Shown: positions 29,077 to 38,580, counted from the first letter of the stretch. The stretch: DNA of 64,000 nucleotides from Candidatus Parcubacteria bacterium (GCA_023444045.1 JAEZRQ010000006.1:241786-305785); one strand, 5' to 3'. The notes: generated by a model not told the origin, from the letters alone. Made by a program: numbers and translations.

Positions 29077-29748
29077 ATGGGTAAAAAAGTAAATCCAAAA
29101 ATATTCAGAATGGGAATCACAAAAAGCTGGGATTCGGTTTGGTTTGAAAGTGGCAAAAATTATATTAAAAACGTTGCCCAAGATATCTCAGTTAGACGCT
29201 TTCTCATTAAAGAATTCAAGGAGGCTGGTGTTGATAAAGTTGAAATTACTCGCAGCTTAAACCGCATTCAAATTGATTTATGGACCGGTAAACCTGGTCT
29301 ACTGATTGGTCGCGGCGGCAATGGAGTTGAAGAGCTTAAGAAAAAAATACACACCAAATTTTTAAAGAACTTCCGTTTAGGTGATATCACTTTAAACATT
29401 AAAGAAGTTAGCCGTCCGGGGCTATCTGCTCAAATTGCCGTGCAGACTATGAGTCTAGAGATTGAGAAGAGAGTTCCTTTTCGTAAAGTTATGAAACAGG
29501 CTATTTCTCGTATTGAACGCTCCGGTGCTCAAGGTGCTAAGGTAATTATTGGTGGCCGTTTAAACGGAGCAGAAATTGCTCGTAGCGAAAAATTAGTTTG
29601 GGGTAAAGTACCACTTAACACTTTAAGAGCTGATATTGATTATGCCAGAGGCGCTGCTCATACTACTTACGGAGCAATCGGTATTAAAGTTTGGATTTAT
29701 AAGGGTGAAGTTTTTGAAAAAGAAGATTCTTTAAGCAAAAGCCTTTAA
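29077..29748 (+). CDS. rpsC: 30S ribosomal protein S3 (uS3)
   Basis: [14 protein letters not shown]...PGLLIGRGG (KH domain)...[12 protein letters not shown]. Confidence 0.97.
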   Translation: MGKKVNPKIFRMGITKSWDSVWFESGKNYIKNVAQDISVRRFLIKEFKEAGVDKVEITRSLNRIQIDLWTGKPGLLIGRGGNGVEELKKKIHTKFLKNFRLGDITLNIKEVSRPGLSAQIAVQTMSLEIEKRVPFRKVMKQAISRIERSGAQGAKVIIGGRLNGAEIARSEKLVWGKVPLNTLRADIDYARGAAHTTYGAIGIKVWIYKGEVFEKEDSLSKSL

Positions 29749-29788
29749 TTTATTAATCCTATTGAATAATTAATATTCCACGATATAT

Positions 29789-30202
29789 ATGTTAATGCCA
29801 AAAAAAACTAAATTCCGTAAAGATCACAAGAGACGTCGCGGCGGTAAAGCTAGTCGCATGTTAACAGTCGCTTTTGGTAGCTATGGTTTAAAAGCCACCA
29901 CCGAACACTGGGTAACCGCTCGTCAGATTGAATCAGCTAGACGTGTTATGACTAAATACGTTAAAAAAGGTGGTAAGATCTGGATTCGTATTTTCCCAGA
30001 TAAGCCAGTAACTTCTCATGGTGGTGAACTGCCAATGGGTAAAGGTAAGGGGTCAGTTGATTATTACGTTGCGATTGTTAAGCCGGGTACTGTTATGTTT
30101 GAAATGGACGGTATTGATGAAGCAACTGCTCAAAAAGCAATGCTCCTTGCCGGTCATAAATTACCAGTTAAATGTGCTTTTGTTACTAAAACTAACGTTT
30201 AA
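29789..30202 (+). CDS. rplP: 50S ribosomal protein L16 (uL16)
   Basis: MLMPKKTKFRK...ARQIESARRVMTKY...IWIRIFPDKPVT. Confidence 0.97.
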   Translation: MLMPKKTKFRKDHKRRRGGKASRMLTVAFGSYGLKATTEHWVTARQIESARRVMTKYVKKGGKIWIRIFPDKPVTSHGGELPMGKGKGSVDYYVAIVKPGTVMFEMDGIDEATAQKAMLLAGHKLPVKCAFVTKTNV

Positions 30203-30216
30203 TCAGTTTTAAAAAT

Positions 30217-30402
30217 ATGGATATCAAAGAACTTAAAACCAAAACCCCTCTAGAACTTGCTAAATTGTTAGTTGAGTCTCAAGAGAAATTACGAGAGCTT
30301 CGCTTTAAAGATTCTAATAAACAACTGAAAAATGTTCGTTCTATCAGAGTTTTAAAACAGGAAATTGCTCGTATTAACACTTTGTTAAATAAGAAAGATT
30401 AA
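30217..30402 (+). CDS. rpmC: 50S ribosomal protein L29 (uL29)
   Basis: 61 aa helical protein with ELRFKDSNKQLKN..IRVLKQEIARI. Sits between rplP and rpsQ. Confidence 0.9.
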   Translation: MDIKELKTKTPLELAKLLVESQEKLRELRFKDSNKQLKNVRSIRVLKQEIARINTLLNKKD

Positions 30403-30413
30403 TTTTAATAAAT

Positions 30414-30743
30414 ATGGCCGAAAAAAAACAAGCTAAAAAAGCGCCTGCTAGCCCTAAAAAGCCTGCTGTCAAAGTGAAGCCGGTAGCTGCTCCTGAAGTA
30501 ATAGTTAAAAAGGAAATTATTCGTAAGAAATTTTCTGGTGTTGTAGTTTCTGATAAGAGCGATAAAACTATTATTGTCAGAGTAGATAGCGTTAAAATTC
30601 ATCCGAAGTATAAAAAAAGATACACCATTAGTCGTAAGTACAAAGTTCATGATGAAAAGAATGAATTTAAGGTTGACGACAAAGTTGTTTTTGTGGAGTG
30701 TCGCCCTCTAAGCCGTGATAAGCGCTGGAGAGTTGTTAAATAA
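30414..30743 (+). CDS. rpsQ: 30S ribosomal protein S17 (uS17) with a ~30 aa Lys/Ala/Pro-rich N-terminal extension
   Basis: The core GVVVSDKSDKTIIVRVDSVKIHPKYKKR...YKVHDE...V.FVECRPLS is canonical. Confidence 0.9.
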   Translation: MAEKKQAKKAPASPKKPAVKVKPVAAPEVIVKKEIIRKKFSGVVVSDKSDKTIIVRVDSVKIHPKYKKRYTISRKYKVHDEKNEFKVDDKVVFVECRPLSRDKRWRVVK

Positions 30744-30789
30744 TAAATTTTTTACTTCAAATTTGAAGTTTATAAAATAGATTAAAAGT

Positions 30790-31164
30790 ATGATTCAAGT
30801 TCAAAGCAGAATGAAAGTGGCCGACAACTCTGGGGCTAAAGAAGTAATGTGTATCAGAGTTCTAGGTGGTTACAAAAAAAGATATGCACACGTTGGCGAT
30901 GTTATTATTGCTTCCGTTAAATCAGCTGCTCCTCATGCTCCAATTAAAAAAGGAGACGTGATTAAGGCCGTTATTGTTCGCACCAAAAAAGAGATTCGCC
31001 GTGCCGATGGTTCTTATTTACGTTTTGACGATAATGCTTGTGTGGTTATTAATGACAAAGAGAAAAAAGAACCAAAAGGTACTAGAATTTTTGGTCCAGT
31101 AGCCCGTGAAATACGTCGTGCTGGTTGCACCAAAATCGCTTCTTTAGCTCCTGAGGTGCTTTAA
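30790..31164 (+). CDS. rplN: 50S ribosomal protein L14 (uL14)
   Basis: [27 protein letters not shown] is canonical. Confidence 0.97.
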   Translation: MIQVQSRMKVADNSGAKEVMCIRVLGGYKKRYAHVGDVIIASVKSAAPHAPIKKGDVIKAVIVRTKKEIRRADGSYLRFDDNACVVINDKEKKEPKGTRIFGPVAREIRRAGCTKIASLAPEVL

Positions 31165-31189
31165 TATTTTTAAGTAAATCAAACATTTT

Positions 31190-31510
31190 ATGAATATTAA
31201 GAAAAATGACAAAGTGCAGATCCTTACCGGAAAAGATAAGGGTAAAAGCGGCAAAGTTTTGCAATCCCTGCCTCGTGAAGGCAAGATTAGTGTTGAGGGC
31301 TTAAATCTATTAATTAAGCACCTACGCCCACGCCGTGATGGAGAAAAAGGTCAAAGACTTGAATTTCCTGCTTTTATTAATGCTTCTAACGTAGCTCTTG
31401 TTTGTCCAAAATGCGGTAAAGCTACTAGAGTAGCCCATAAAGTGGTGGAGCAAAATGGTAAAAATAAAAAATACCGTGTTTGTAAAAAATGTCAGGAAGT
31501 TATTGAATAA
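31190..31510 (+). CDS. rplX: 50S ribosomal protein L24 (uL24) carrying CxxC...CxxC in its C-terminal half
   Basis: KOW N-terminus IKKNDKVQILTGKDKGKSGKV. The C-terminal part contains CPKC (aa 72-75) and CKKC (aa 98-101). Confidence 0.9.
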   Translation: MNIKKNDKVQILTGKDKGKSGKVLQSLPREGKISVEGLNLLIKHLRPRRDGEKGQRLEFPAFINASNVALVCPKCGKATRVAHKVVEQNGKNKKYRVCKKCQEVIE

Positions 31511-31534
31511 TCAATCTAAAAAAGATTAAATAAT

Positions 31535-32071
31535 ATGAGATTAAAAGAAAAATATCAGAAAGAAATCATTCCTCAACTAAAAGAGAAATTTGGCTACAAA
31601 AATGAACGCAACGTGCCTCATTTACAAAAAGTAGTTTTAAATGTTGGTTGTGGTAAATTTTCTAAAGAAAAAGAATACTTAGCTGATGTTGAAAGAGGAT
31701 TAACTAAAATTGTCGGACAAAAGGTTGTCTTTACTAAAGCTAAAAAATCCATTTCCGCTTTCAAGATTCGTGAAGGAATGACAGTCGGTGCTATGGCTAC
31801 TTTACGCGGGCAAAGAATGTTTGATTTTCTTGAAAAACTAATCAACATTTCTTTCCCAAGAGTCCGCGACTTTCGTGGTATTAGTGATAAGGCTATGGAT
31901 CAGAAAGGTAACATTACCATTGGCATTAAAGATTATTCTTGTTTTCCTGAAATAAAGGTTGAAGATATTGATAAAATTTACGGTTTAGAGATTTGTATTG
32001 CTACTTCCGCCAAAAACCGTGAAGAAGGCTTAGAACTGTTTAAATTAATGGGTTTTCCTTTTAAAAAATAA
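31535..32071 (+). CDS. rplE: 50S ribosomal protein L5 (uL5)
   Basis: MRLKEKYQKEIIPQLKEKFGYKN...PRVRDFRGIS. Confidence 0.97.
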   Translation: MRLKEKYQKEIIPQLKEKFGYKNERNVPHLQKVVLNVGCGKFSKEKEYLADVERGLTKIVGQKVVFTKAKKSISAFKIREGMTVGAMATLRGQRMFDFLEKLINISFPRVRDFRGISDKAMDQKGNITIGIKDYSCFPEIKVEDIDKIYGLEICIATSAKNREEGLELFKLMGFPFKK

Positions 32072-32127
32072 TGATAATTTAGATAATTAATTATTACTCT
32101 CAAGTGAGTAAATAAGATAAAGAATAT

Positions 32128-32313
32128 ATGGCTAGAAAAGCATTAATTGCCAAGGCAAAATTAAAACCGAAGTTTACTACCAGAAAAATAAATCGTTGTT
32201 GGCGTTGTGGCCGTAATCATGGCTATATCCGCGATTTCGGTTTATGCCGTATTTGCTTTAAAGAATTAGCGGATAATGGAGATTTACCGGGTATCAAGAA
32301 ATCAAGTTGGTAA
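32128..32313 (+). CDS. rpsN: 30S ribosomal protein S14 type Z (zinc-binding short form)
   Basis: 61 aa with [21 protein letters not shown], i.e. two CxxC pairs. Confidence 0.95.
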   Translation: MARKALIAKAKLKPKFTTRKINRCWRCGRNHGYIRDFGLCRICFKELADNGDLPGIKKSSW

Positions 32314-32362
32314 TTCTTAAATCCTAATTATTTAGAAAAAAAGTAATAAAGAAATAAATTTT

Positions 32363-32773
32363 ATGACAGATCCAATCGCAGACATGTTTACACGCATCCG
32401 GAACGCTGCTGCCGTTAAAAAATCCGACACTTCAATGCCAATGAGCAAACTCAAATATGAAATTGCTAAAATTTTGGAAAGAGAAGGCTGGATTAAGGGA
32501 GTAGAAATTGTAAGCGGCGGCTTAAATGCCAGACGCAGCAGTTTTGATGAACTTAAAATCTCTTTAAAGTATCAGAAGAGTGGTAAGTCACACATCAGCG
32601 TTATTAATCGCGTTAGTAAACCAGGCTTACGTGTTTATGTCGACAAGGATAATATCCCGACAGTTTTAAATAACTTTGGTATCGCTATTATTTCCACCTC
32701 TAAGGGTTTAATGACCAATAGAGAAGCAAAAATGCAGAAAATTGGCGGCGAAGTTATTGGTGAAATTTATTAA
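32363..32773 (+). CDS. rpsH: 30S ribosomal protein S8 (uS8)
   Basis: MTDPIADMFTRIRNA is a canonical N-terminus. Confidence 0.97.
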   Translation: MTDPIADMFTRIRNAAAVKKSDTSMPMSKLKYEIAKILEREGWIKGVEIVSGGLNARRSSFDELKISLKYQKSGKSHISVINRVSKPGLRVYVDKDNIPTVLNNFGIAIISTSKGLMTNREAKMQKIGGEVIGEIY

Positions 32774-32792
32774 TTAGTCATTTAAACCTTAT

Positions 32793-33338
32793 ATGTCACG
32801 TTTAGGAAAATTACCAATCATTTTGCCAGCCGGCGTTACTACTACTTTAAGTGGTAATGTTTTGACGGTTAAAGGGGCAAAAGGAGAATTAAAACAAGAT
32901 TTTAATAGCGATATCGTAGTTAAAATTGAGGAGGGAAGCATTTTAGTTTCTAAGAATGAAAATGGATCTAAAAAGGCTGGAGCAATGTGGGGTTTATATC
33001 GCACTTTGTTTGCTAATATGGTTGAAGGAGTTTCTGCCGGTTTTACTAAAAAATTAGAAATAAATGGTGTTGGTTATCGCGCCAATGTCAGCGGCAGTAA
33101 ATTAAATATGGCTTTAGGCTTTTCACATCCGATTGAATTTCAATTACCAGCAGGGATTACTGCTTCAGTTGAAGGTAATGTAATTTCTATTAGCGGTTAT
33201 GATAAAAAATTAGTTGGTGAAACCGCTGCTAAAATTCGTAAAATCAGAAAACCAGAACCTTATAAAGGTAAAGGTGTTAAATATACTGATGAAGTTATTA
33301 GAAGAAAAGCTGGTAAATCAGCTGCTAAAGCTAAATAA
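32793..33338 (+). CDS. rplF: 50S ribosomal protein L6 (uL6)
   Basis: MSRLGKLPIILPAGV...EINGVGYRA...PEPYKGKGVKY. Confidence 0.97.
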   Translation: MSRLGKLPIILPAGVTTTLSGNVLTVKGAKGELKQDFNSDIVVKIEEGSILVSKNENGSKKAGAMWGLYRTLFANMVEGVSAGFTKKLEINGVGYRANVSGSKLNMALGFSHPIEFQLPAGITASVEGNVISISGYDKKLVGETAAKIRKIRKPEPYKGKGVKYTDEVIRRKAGKSAAKAK

Positions 33339-33352
33339 TTTTAAATATACAT

Positions 33353-33706
33353 ATGGATAAGAATAAAATGAAAAATGAACGCCAAGAAAGAAGACACGGC
33401 AGAGTACGTGCTAAAGTTAGTGGCAGCGCGGCTCGTCCAAGATTGTCAGTCTTCCGCTCTAATCGTGGTATGTTCTTGCAGTTAATTAACGATGAGAATG
33501 GCCAAACTTTAGTAAGCGCCAAGACTCAGGAAATTAAAAGTGCTGGAGCAAAAACTGATAAAGCTTTAGAGCTTGGTAAACTACTAGCAGAGAAGGCTAA
33601 AGCTAAGAACATTACTTCAGTAGTCTTTGATCGTGGTTGTTATAAATATCATGGTCGCGTGAAGGCCGTTGCTGACGGAGCGCGCGAAGGTGGTCTTCAG
33701 TTTTAA
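33353..33706 (+). CDS. rplR: 50S ribosomal protein L18 (uL18)
   Basis: RPRLSVFRSNRGMFLQLINDENGQTLVSA...FDRGCYKYHGRVKAVADGAREGGLQF. Confidence 0.97.
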   Translation: MDKNKMKNERQERRHGRVRAKVSGSAARPRLSVFRSNRGMFLQLINDENGQTLVSAKTQEIKSAGAKTDKALELGKLLAEKAKAKNITSVVFDRGCYKYHGRVKAVADGAREGGLQF

Positions 33707-33729
33707 TTTAGTTTAATGCTTTAATAAAT

Positions 33730-34386
33730 ATGTCTGACGAAAAAAAGGTTCAAAACAGCAAACAAGCAACAAAGCCAGAATCTTCAGCTGCTCATACTGC
33801 CGCTAAAGATATTTATGGCGCTAATAAAGGAAAACGCCAAGATGGTCGTGGACGTGGTCCTCGCCGTGGTGGTGACAGAAACCGTGAAGCTAATCGCGAT
33901 GAATTTGAGCAACGTATTTTAGATATTGCTCGTGTTACTCGTGTGATGGCTGGTGGAAAGAGAATGAATTTTAGAGCTTGTGTGGCTATTGGCGATAAGA
34001 AAGGTAAGGTTGGTGTTGGCCTTGGAAAAGGGGCTGATGTTACTATGGCTGTTAATAAAGCGGTTAATAAGGCTAAAAAAGATTTAATTTCTGTTGTTAC
34101 TGTTAACGAAAGCATTCCTCACACCATTCACTGTAATGTTGGGGCAGCAAAATTATTATTTAAACCAGCTAATAGCGGTAAAGGTGTTATTGCTGGTGGT
34201 GTAGCTCGTGTTATTTTAGAACTAGCTGGTATTAAAAATGTTACTAGCAAACAAATGGGCACCAATAATAAGATTAATAATGCTCGTTGTACTATTGAAG
34301 CCCTGCGTTCTTTAAGAGCTTCTGACAGAAAGATTAAAAATGACAAAGTTTCCAAAGAAGCTGTTTTACCGAAGACTAAAAAATAA
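33730..34386 (+). CDS. rpsE: 30S ribosomal protein S5 (uS5) with a ~55 aa N-terminal extension (Arg/Gly-rich)
   Basis: The core RVTRVMAGGKRMNFRACVAIGDKKGKVGVGLGKG is canonical. 218 aa against the usual ~165. Confidence 0.9.
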   Translation: MSDEKKVQNSKQATKPESSAAHTAAKDIYGANKGKRQDGRGRGPRRGGDRNREANRDEFEQRILDIARVTRVMAGGKRMNFRACVAIGDKKGKVGVGLGKGADVTMAVNKAVNKAKKDLISVVTVNESIPHTIHCNVGAAKLLFKPANSGKGVIAGGVARVILELAGIKNVTSKQMGTNNKINNARCTIEALRSLRASDRKIKNDKVSKEAVLPKTKK

Positions 34387-34447
34387 AAGCGAAGGTTTGG
34401 AATATCTTATTCCAAGCTAGCATATATTATAAAGTAATTTTTTGCTT

Positions 34448-34861
34448 ATGTTATCACTTAATGAAATAAAAAAAGCTAAAGGAAGTTCTAAAACTAAAAA
34501 AAGAGTTGGTCGCGGTAATTCATCTGGTCATGGTACTTATAGTACCCGCGGTCTTAAAGGACAAAAATCTCGTTCTGGTGTTTCCGGTTTAAAGAGACTT
34601 GGTATGAGAATGCAACTCTTACAAACCCCTAAAGCTCGTGGCTTTAAATCAATCAAACCAAAAAATCAGGTTATTTCTATTAAAGCAATTAATAACAATT
34701 TTAAAGATGGTGAAGTAGTTAACAAGGATTCTCTTTTTGAAAAAGGACTAATCTTGAAAAAAGGAGTCTCAGTTAAAATTTTAGGCAAAGAAGCTTTAAC
34801 GGTTAAAGTTAAGGTTGAAGGTTTAAAAATGAGTGCTTCAGTGGCCGCTCAATTAAAATAA
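34448..34861 (+). CDS. rplO: 50S ribosomal protein L15 (uL15)
   Basis: KKRVGRGNSSGHGTYSTRGLKGQKSRSG is canonical. It follows rpsE directly with no rpmD between. ATG 34448 is preferred over the TTG at 34442. Confidence 0.95.
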   Translation: MLSLNEIKKAKGSSKTKKRVGRGNSSGHGTYSTRGLKGQKSRSGVSGLKRLGMRMQLLQTPKARGFKSIKPKNQVISIKAINNNFKDGEVVNKDSLFEKGLILKKGVSVKILGKEALTVKVKVEGLKMSASVAAQLK

Positions 34862-34912
34862 GATTAAAGACAAATGGCGGTCTTTATGACTTACTCTTTA
34901 GTATAAACTTAT

Positions 34913-36184
34913 ATGTTTGATAAAATTGTTCAAATTTGGAAAGTTAAAGAATTACGTAATAGCATCTTTTTTGTCTTGGCCATGTTAGTAATCTTTAGAC
35001 TAGCGGCCCATATTCCGATTCCTGGAGTAGATACTACCGACCTTAAAATCTTCTTTGAAAATAATCCAATTTTAGGTTTTGTTAACGTCTTTGCTGGCGG
35101 TGGCATGGAAAGCTTTTCCATTGTAATGATGGGTATTGCTCCTTATATTACTGCTTCTATTATCTTCCAGTTACTAGCTATGATTATTCCTAAATTAGAA
35201 GAGATGCAAAAGGAAGAAGCTGGACGTCAGAAGATTAATATGTGGACTCGTTATGCCACTGTTCCTTTAGCGGCTATTCAAGCTTTTGGAATGATTTCTA
35301 TGCTACGTCAATCAAGGGCGATTTCATTGGATTCATTTTCCAGTTTTGATCTGGTTTCCATTATTATTACGATTACTGCTGGTACTGTCTTCTTAATGTG
35401 GATCGGTGAGCTTATTAGTGAGAAGAAGATTGGTAACGGCATTTCTTTATTAATCTTTGCTGGTATCGTTTCTTCGCTACCACAACAGCTTAGCCAAGCA
35501 GTATTAACCTTTGATCAGAGTAACTTCGTTTCTATTATTGCCTTTGTTATTGTAGCCCTACTAACCGTTATTGGTGTTGTTATTATTAACGAGGGGCAGA
35601 GAAATATTCCAGTGCAATATGCTCGTCAGATTAGAGGCAACCGGGCTTACGGTGGCACTAATTCCCACTTACCGCTAAGAGTTAATATGGCTGGCGTTAT
35701 TCCAATTATCTTTGCTATTTCGGTAGTAATGTTTCCCCCAATGATTGCTCAGTATTTCCAACACGCTAAAACAGTTTGGATTGCTAATTTCTCACAGTGG
35801 ATTATTCAAGTCTTCAATGATCAGTTAATCTACGCTATCGTTTATTTTGTCTTAGTATTTGCTTTTACCTATTTCTATACCGAAGTTATCTTCCACCCAG
35901 AGAGAATCGCAGAAAATCTGCAAAAACAAGGTGGTTTTATTCCTGGTATTCGCCCAGGAAAACACACTAGTGATTATTTAGCGGGGACAACTTATAAGAT
36001 TATTTTAGTCGGTGCTTTGTTCTTAGCTGTTATTGCGGTATTACCTTTAATTGTCCAAGCTTTAACCGGAATTCAATCAATGATTATTGGTGGTACTAGT
36101 ATCTTAATCGTCGTATCAGTGGTTATTGAAACAGTGAAGCAAATTCAAGCTCAACTAACAATGCGTGAATATGATGGGCTCTAG
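34913..36184 (+). CDS. secY: Preprotein translocase subunit SecY
   Basis: 423 aa, 10-TM architecture, with GIAPYITASIIFQLL and GISLLIFAGIVS. Sits at the end of the spc operon. Confidence 0.95.
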   Translation: MFDKIVQIWKVKELRNSIFFVLAMLVIFRLAAHIPIPGVDTTDLKIFFENNPILGFVNVFAGGGMESFSIVMMGIAPYITASIIFQLLAMIIPKLEEMQKEEAGRQKINMWTRYATVPLAAIQAFGMISMLRQSRAISLDSFSSFDLVSIIITITAGTVFLMWIGELISEKKIGNGISLLIFAGIVSSLPQQLSQAVLTFDQSNFVSIIAFVIVALLTVIGVVIINEGQRNIPVQYARQIRGNRAYGGTNSHLPLRVNMAGVIPIIFAISVVMFPPMIAQYFQHAKTVWIANFSQWIIQVFNDQLIYAIVYFVLVFAFTYFYTEVIFHPERIAENLQKQGGFIPGIRPGKHTSDYLAGTTYKIILVGALFLAVIAVLPLIVQALTGIQSMIIGGTSILIVVSVVIETVKQIQAQLTMREYDGL

Positions 36185-36210
36185 AATTTAAAATTTTATC
36201 ACTTCTTTAA

Positions 36211-36244
36211 AATCCGCTTTCTTCTTTGAGAGCGGATTTTTGTT
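36211..36244 (+). terminator. Rho-independent terminator after secY
   Basis: AATCCGCT-ttcttctttgag-AGCGGATTTTTGTTT. Confidence 0.75.
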
Positions 36245-36295
36245 TGACGGCCCTAGGTAATCTAAGCTAAACTTAAAAAGTAATACTTAAAATAT

Positions 36296-36598
36296 ATGGA
36301 TTTAAAAGATTTTTTAGAGAAAGTTCGTGATCGTAGTCTGAGTGAGAGTTTGCTTAGTCGCTACTATCGGGAAATGATGTATCGTAATTTAAAGTATGAT
36401 AACTTAGATGAATCAGAAAAGAATCTGCTTTTAGAAATAATTTTAAAATATCGCCGCAAGCTGCTTAAAGGTGAAAAACAGTCCTTAGTTGATTTAGAAA
36501 GAGACTATTACCGAATTTGGGAGAAAAGACATGCCTTGGGTTTAGAATATAATGATTTACAAATGATTAAAGAATTAATTTATTCCTTTAAAAGTTAG
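36296..36598 (+). CDS. Hypothetical protein (100 aa, Lys/Glu/Leu-rich) sitting where adk usually lies
   Basis: ORF only. No P-loop or adenylate-kinase motifs. Positioned between the secY terminator and map. Confidence 0.5.
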   Translation: MDLKDFLEKVRDRSLSESLLSRYYREMMYRNLKYDNLDESEKNLLLEIILKYRRKLLKGEKQSLVDLERDYYRIWEKRHALGLEYNDLQMIKELIYSFKS

Positions 36599-36602
36599 TT
36601 AT

Positions 36603-37433
36603 ATGGTTTATAAAAAAAGTATAGAAGAAATAAGAATTATCCGTGAAGGAGGTTTTATTTTAGCTCAGATTTTAAGAGAATTAGCGGCTGAAGTAAAGCC
36701 GGGGGTTTCCACCTTAGCTTTGGAAAATATTTTAGTTAAAAGAATTGTCGCTGCTGGCGGTCGTCCGGCTTTTAAAGATTATGATATGGGTGGCGGCGTA
36801 CTTTTTCCCTCAGCTTTATGTGCTTCAATTAATAATGAAGTAGTTCATGGCACCGCTATTCCGGGTCGGCTTTTAAAGTCCGGTGATATTATTGATTTAG
36901 ATATTGGTATGGAATGGCCGGTTGATCCTAAAATCAGAGAAAAAGTAAAGGCGCCAATTAATAGTCTTTCTAAATTAGGGGGCTTTTATACTGATACTTG
37001 TGTGACGGTTGCGGTTGGCAAAGTAAGTCAGGAGGCTAAAAAATTAATTAAAGTAACTAGAGAATGCTTAGAAGCGGGAATATCTGAGGCGAAGCCAGGA
37101 AATACTTTAAGAGATATTGGTATAGCTGTCTCTAAAATTGCCAAGCGTCATGGTTATGGCGTAGTGCGTGATTTAGTGGGTCATGGTGTGGGTTATTTTG
37201 CTCATGAAGAACCTGATGTTTTTAACTACGAAATTCCTGAGAGATCTAGGGAGAATATGGTTTTAGAAGAAGGAATGGTTATTGCCATTGAGCCGATGAT
37301 TAATGCCGGTACTTGGAAAATAAAAGTGGCTGATAATGACTACACCATTTTGACGGCTGATGATTCTTTAAGCGCTCATTTTGAGCACACAGTAGCGATT
37401 ACTAAGGATGGGCCAGTAATTATGACTCAATAA
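36603..37433 (+). CDS. map: Type I methionine aminopeptidase
   Basis: 276 aa with VHGTAIPGR, IIDLDIG, GHGVGYFAHEEP and IEPMI, giving the pita-bread metal ligand pattern. Confidence 0.9.
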   Translation: MVYKKSIEEIRIIREGGFILAQILRELAAEVKPGVSTLALENILVKRIVAAGGRPAFKDYDMGGGVLFPSALCASINNEVVHGTAIPGRLLKSGDIIDLDIGMEWPVDPKIREKVKAPINSLSKLGGFYTDTCVTVAVGKVSQEAKKLIKVTRECLEAGISEAKPGNTLRDIGIAVSKIAKRHGYGVVRDLVGHGVGYFAHEEPDVFNYEIPERSRENMVLEEGMVIAIEPMINAGTWKIKVADNDYTILTADDSLSAHFEHTVAITKDGPVIMTQ

Positions 37434-37434
37434 T

Positions 37435-37812
37435 ATGGAAAAATATTTAGGAATTGATTGGGGAGAAAAACGGATTGGTTTAGCTTGTGCTGATGAAGAA
37501 ACTAAATTAGCCCTGCCACTAGGAACGGTTAGTAATCTAGCTGGTGTTTTACAGACAATTGATGAAGAAGAAATAACCCAGATTGTTATTGGTTTGCCAT
37601 ATCAGATGGCTGGACTTGACCATAAAATTAATGACAGTTTCTTAAAATTTATTAGTGCCTTGAAACTAAAAACTAATCTTCCAGTTATTCAAATAGATGA
37701 AAGACTAAGCAGTCAGGCGGCTGACGCTTTAGGCGGTCCTAAAAAAATGCGAGCCGGCCGAGATGAAATTGCCGCCGCTCTAATTTTACAAACTTATTTA
37801 GATAGGAAGTAG
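37435..37812 (+). CDS. ruvX: YqgF/RuvX-family putative Holliday-junction resolvase / pre-16S rRNA nuclease
   Basis: YLGIDWGEKRIGLACAD...VIGLPYQMAG...DERLSS is the typical YqgF pattern. Confidence 0.85.
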   Translation: MEKYLGIDWGEKRIGLACADEETKLALPLGTVSNLAGVLQTIDEEEITQIVIGLPYQMAGLDHKINDSFLKFISALKLKTNLPVIQIDERLSSQAADALGGPKKMRAGRDEIAAALILQTYLDRK

Positions 37813-37813
37813 T

Positions 37814-38548
37814 ATGGCAGAGAGCCAAAATACCCAAGCTTTAATTCTAAAACGTCACGACTGGCGTGAGCATGACAGTCGTGTTGTTTTATATACCAAA
37901 AGATTTGGTAAAGTATCGTTAGTGGCTCGCGGTGTCAAGAAAATAAAATCAAAAATCGCTGCTCATGTTGAACCACTTTCATTAGCTGATATTATGATCT
38001 TAAAGGGGAAGGTTTTTGATTATTTAGGCAGCTCCCTAATCACAAAATCCCACCTAAACATTAAAAGTGACTTAAATGCTCTATATTTTGCCGGCCGCTC
38101 TTTGGGAGTCTTTGATAATTTGGTAAAAGAAGGGGTTCCAGATGAAGAGTTGTTTGATTTTTTAATTTATTATTTTGATTTCCTAGATAATTTGGCGTCT
38201 GGTGGCTTAAAAAAAGAAGCTGGAGAGGATTTATTTAATTATTTTATTTTTCAACTCTTGGTTATTTTAGGGTACCGCCCAGAGCTTTACCATTGTCTTA
38301 GCTGTAAAAGAAAGATAGAACCGACAGGGAATTCCTTTAATTTTCGACTGGGAGGCTTGATTTGTCCCCATTGTCTTGGGGATAATAAACAACGCTTTAA
38401 CCCCAATGAGATAAGCGCTATTTCCGCGGACTGTATTAAAATTATTCGTATTTTTAGCGAAAAAAAAGCTTATCAAAATATTAGAATAAGCCATAATTTA
38501 GCTAAAGAAATATCTCGTCTGGCCAAAGTTTACCTGGATTTTATCTAA
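37814..38548 (+). CDS. recO: DNA repair protein RecO
   Basis: N-terminal OB-like ALILKRHDWREHDSRVVLYTKRFGKVSLVARGVKK and zinc finger CLSCKRK...CPHC. Confidence 0.85.
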   Translation: MAESQNTQALILKRHDWREHDSRVVLYTKRFGKVSLVARGVKKIKSKIAAHVEPLSLADIMILKGKVFDYLGSSLITKSHLNIKSDLNALYFAGRSLGVFDNLVKEGVPDEELFDFLIYYFDFLDNLASGGLKKEAGEDLFNYFIFQLLVILGYRPELYHCLSCKRKIEPTGNSFNFRLGGLICPHCLGDNKQRFNPNEISAISADCIKIIRIFSEKKAYQNIRISHNLAKEISRLAKVYLDFI

Positions 38549-38551
38549 CTA

Positions 38552-38580
38552 TTGACTTATACATTGTATTATGTTATAGT
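38552..38580 (+). promoter_or_regulatory. Near-consensus sigma-70 promoter for the 95-aa orphan ORF
   Basis: TTGACT (38552-38557), 17 nt spacer, TATAGT (38575-38580). Confidence 0.6.
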
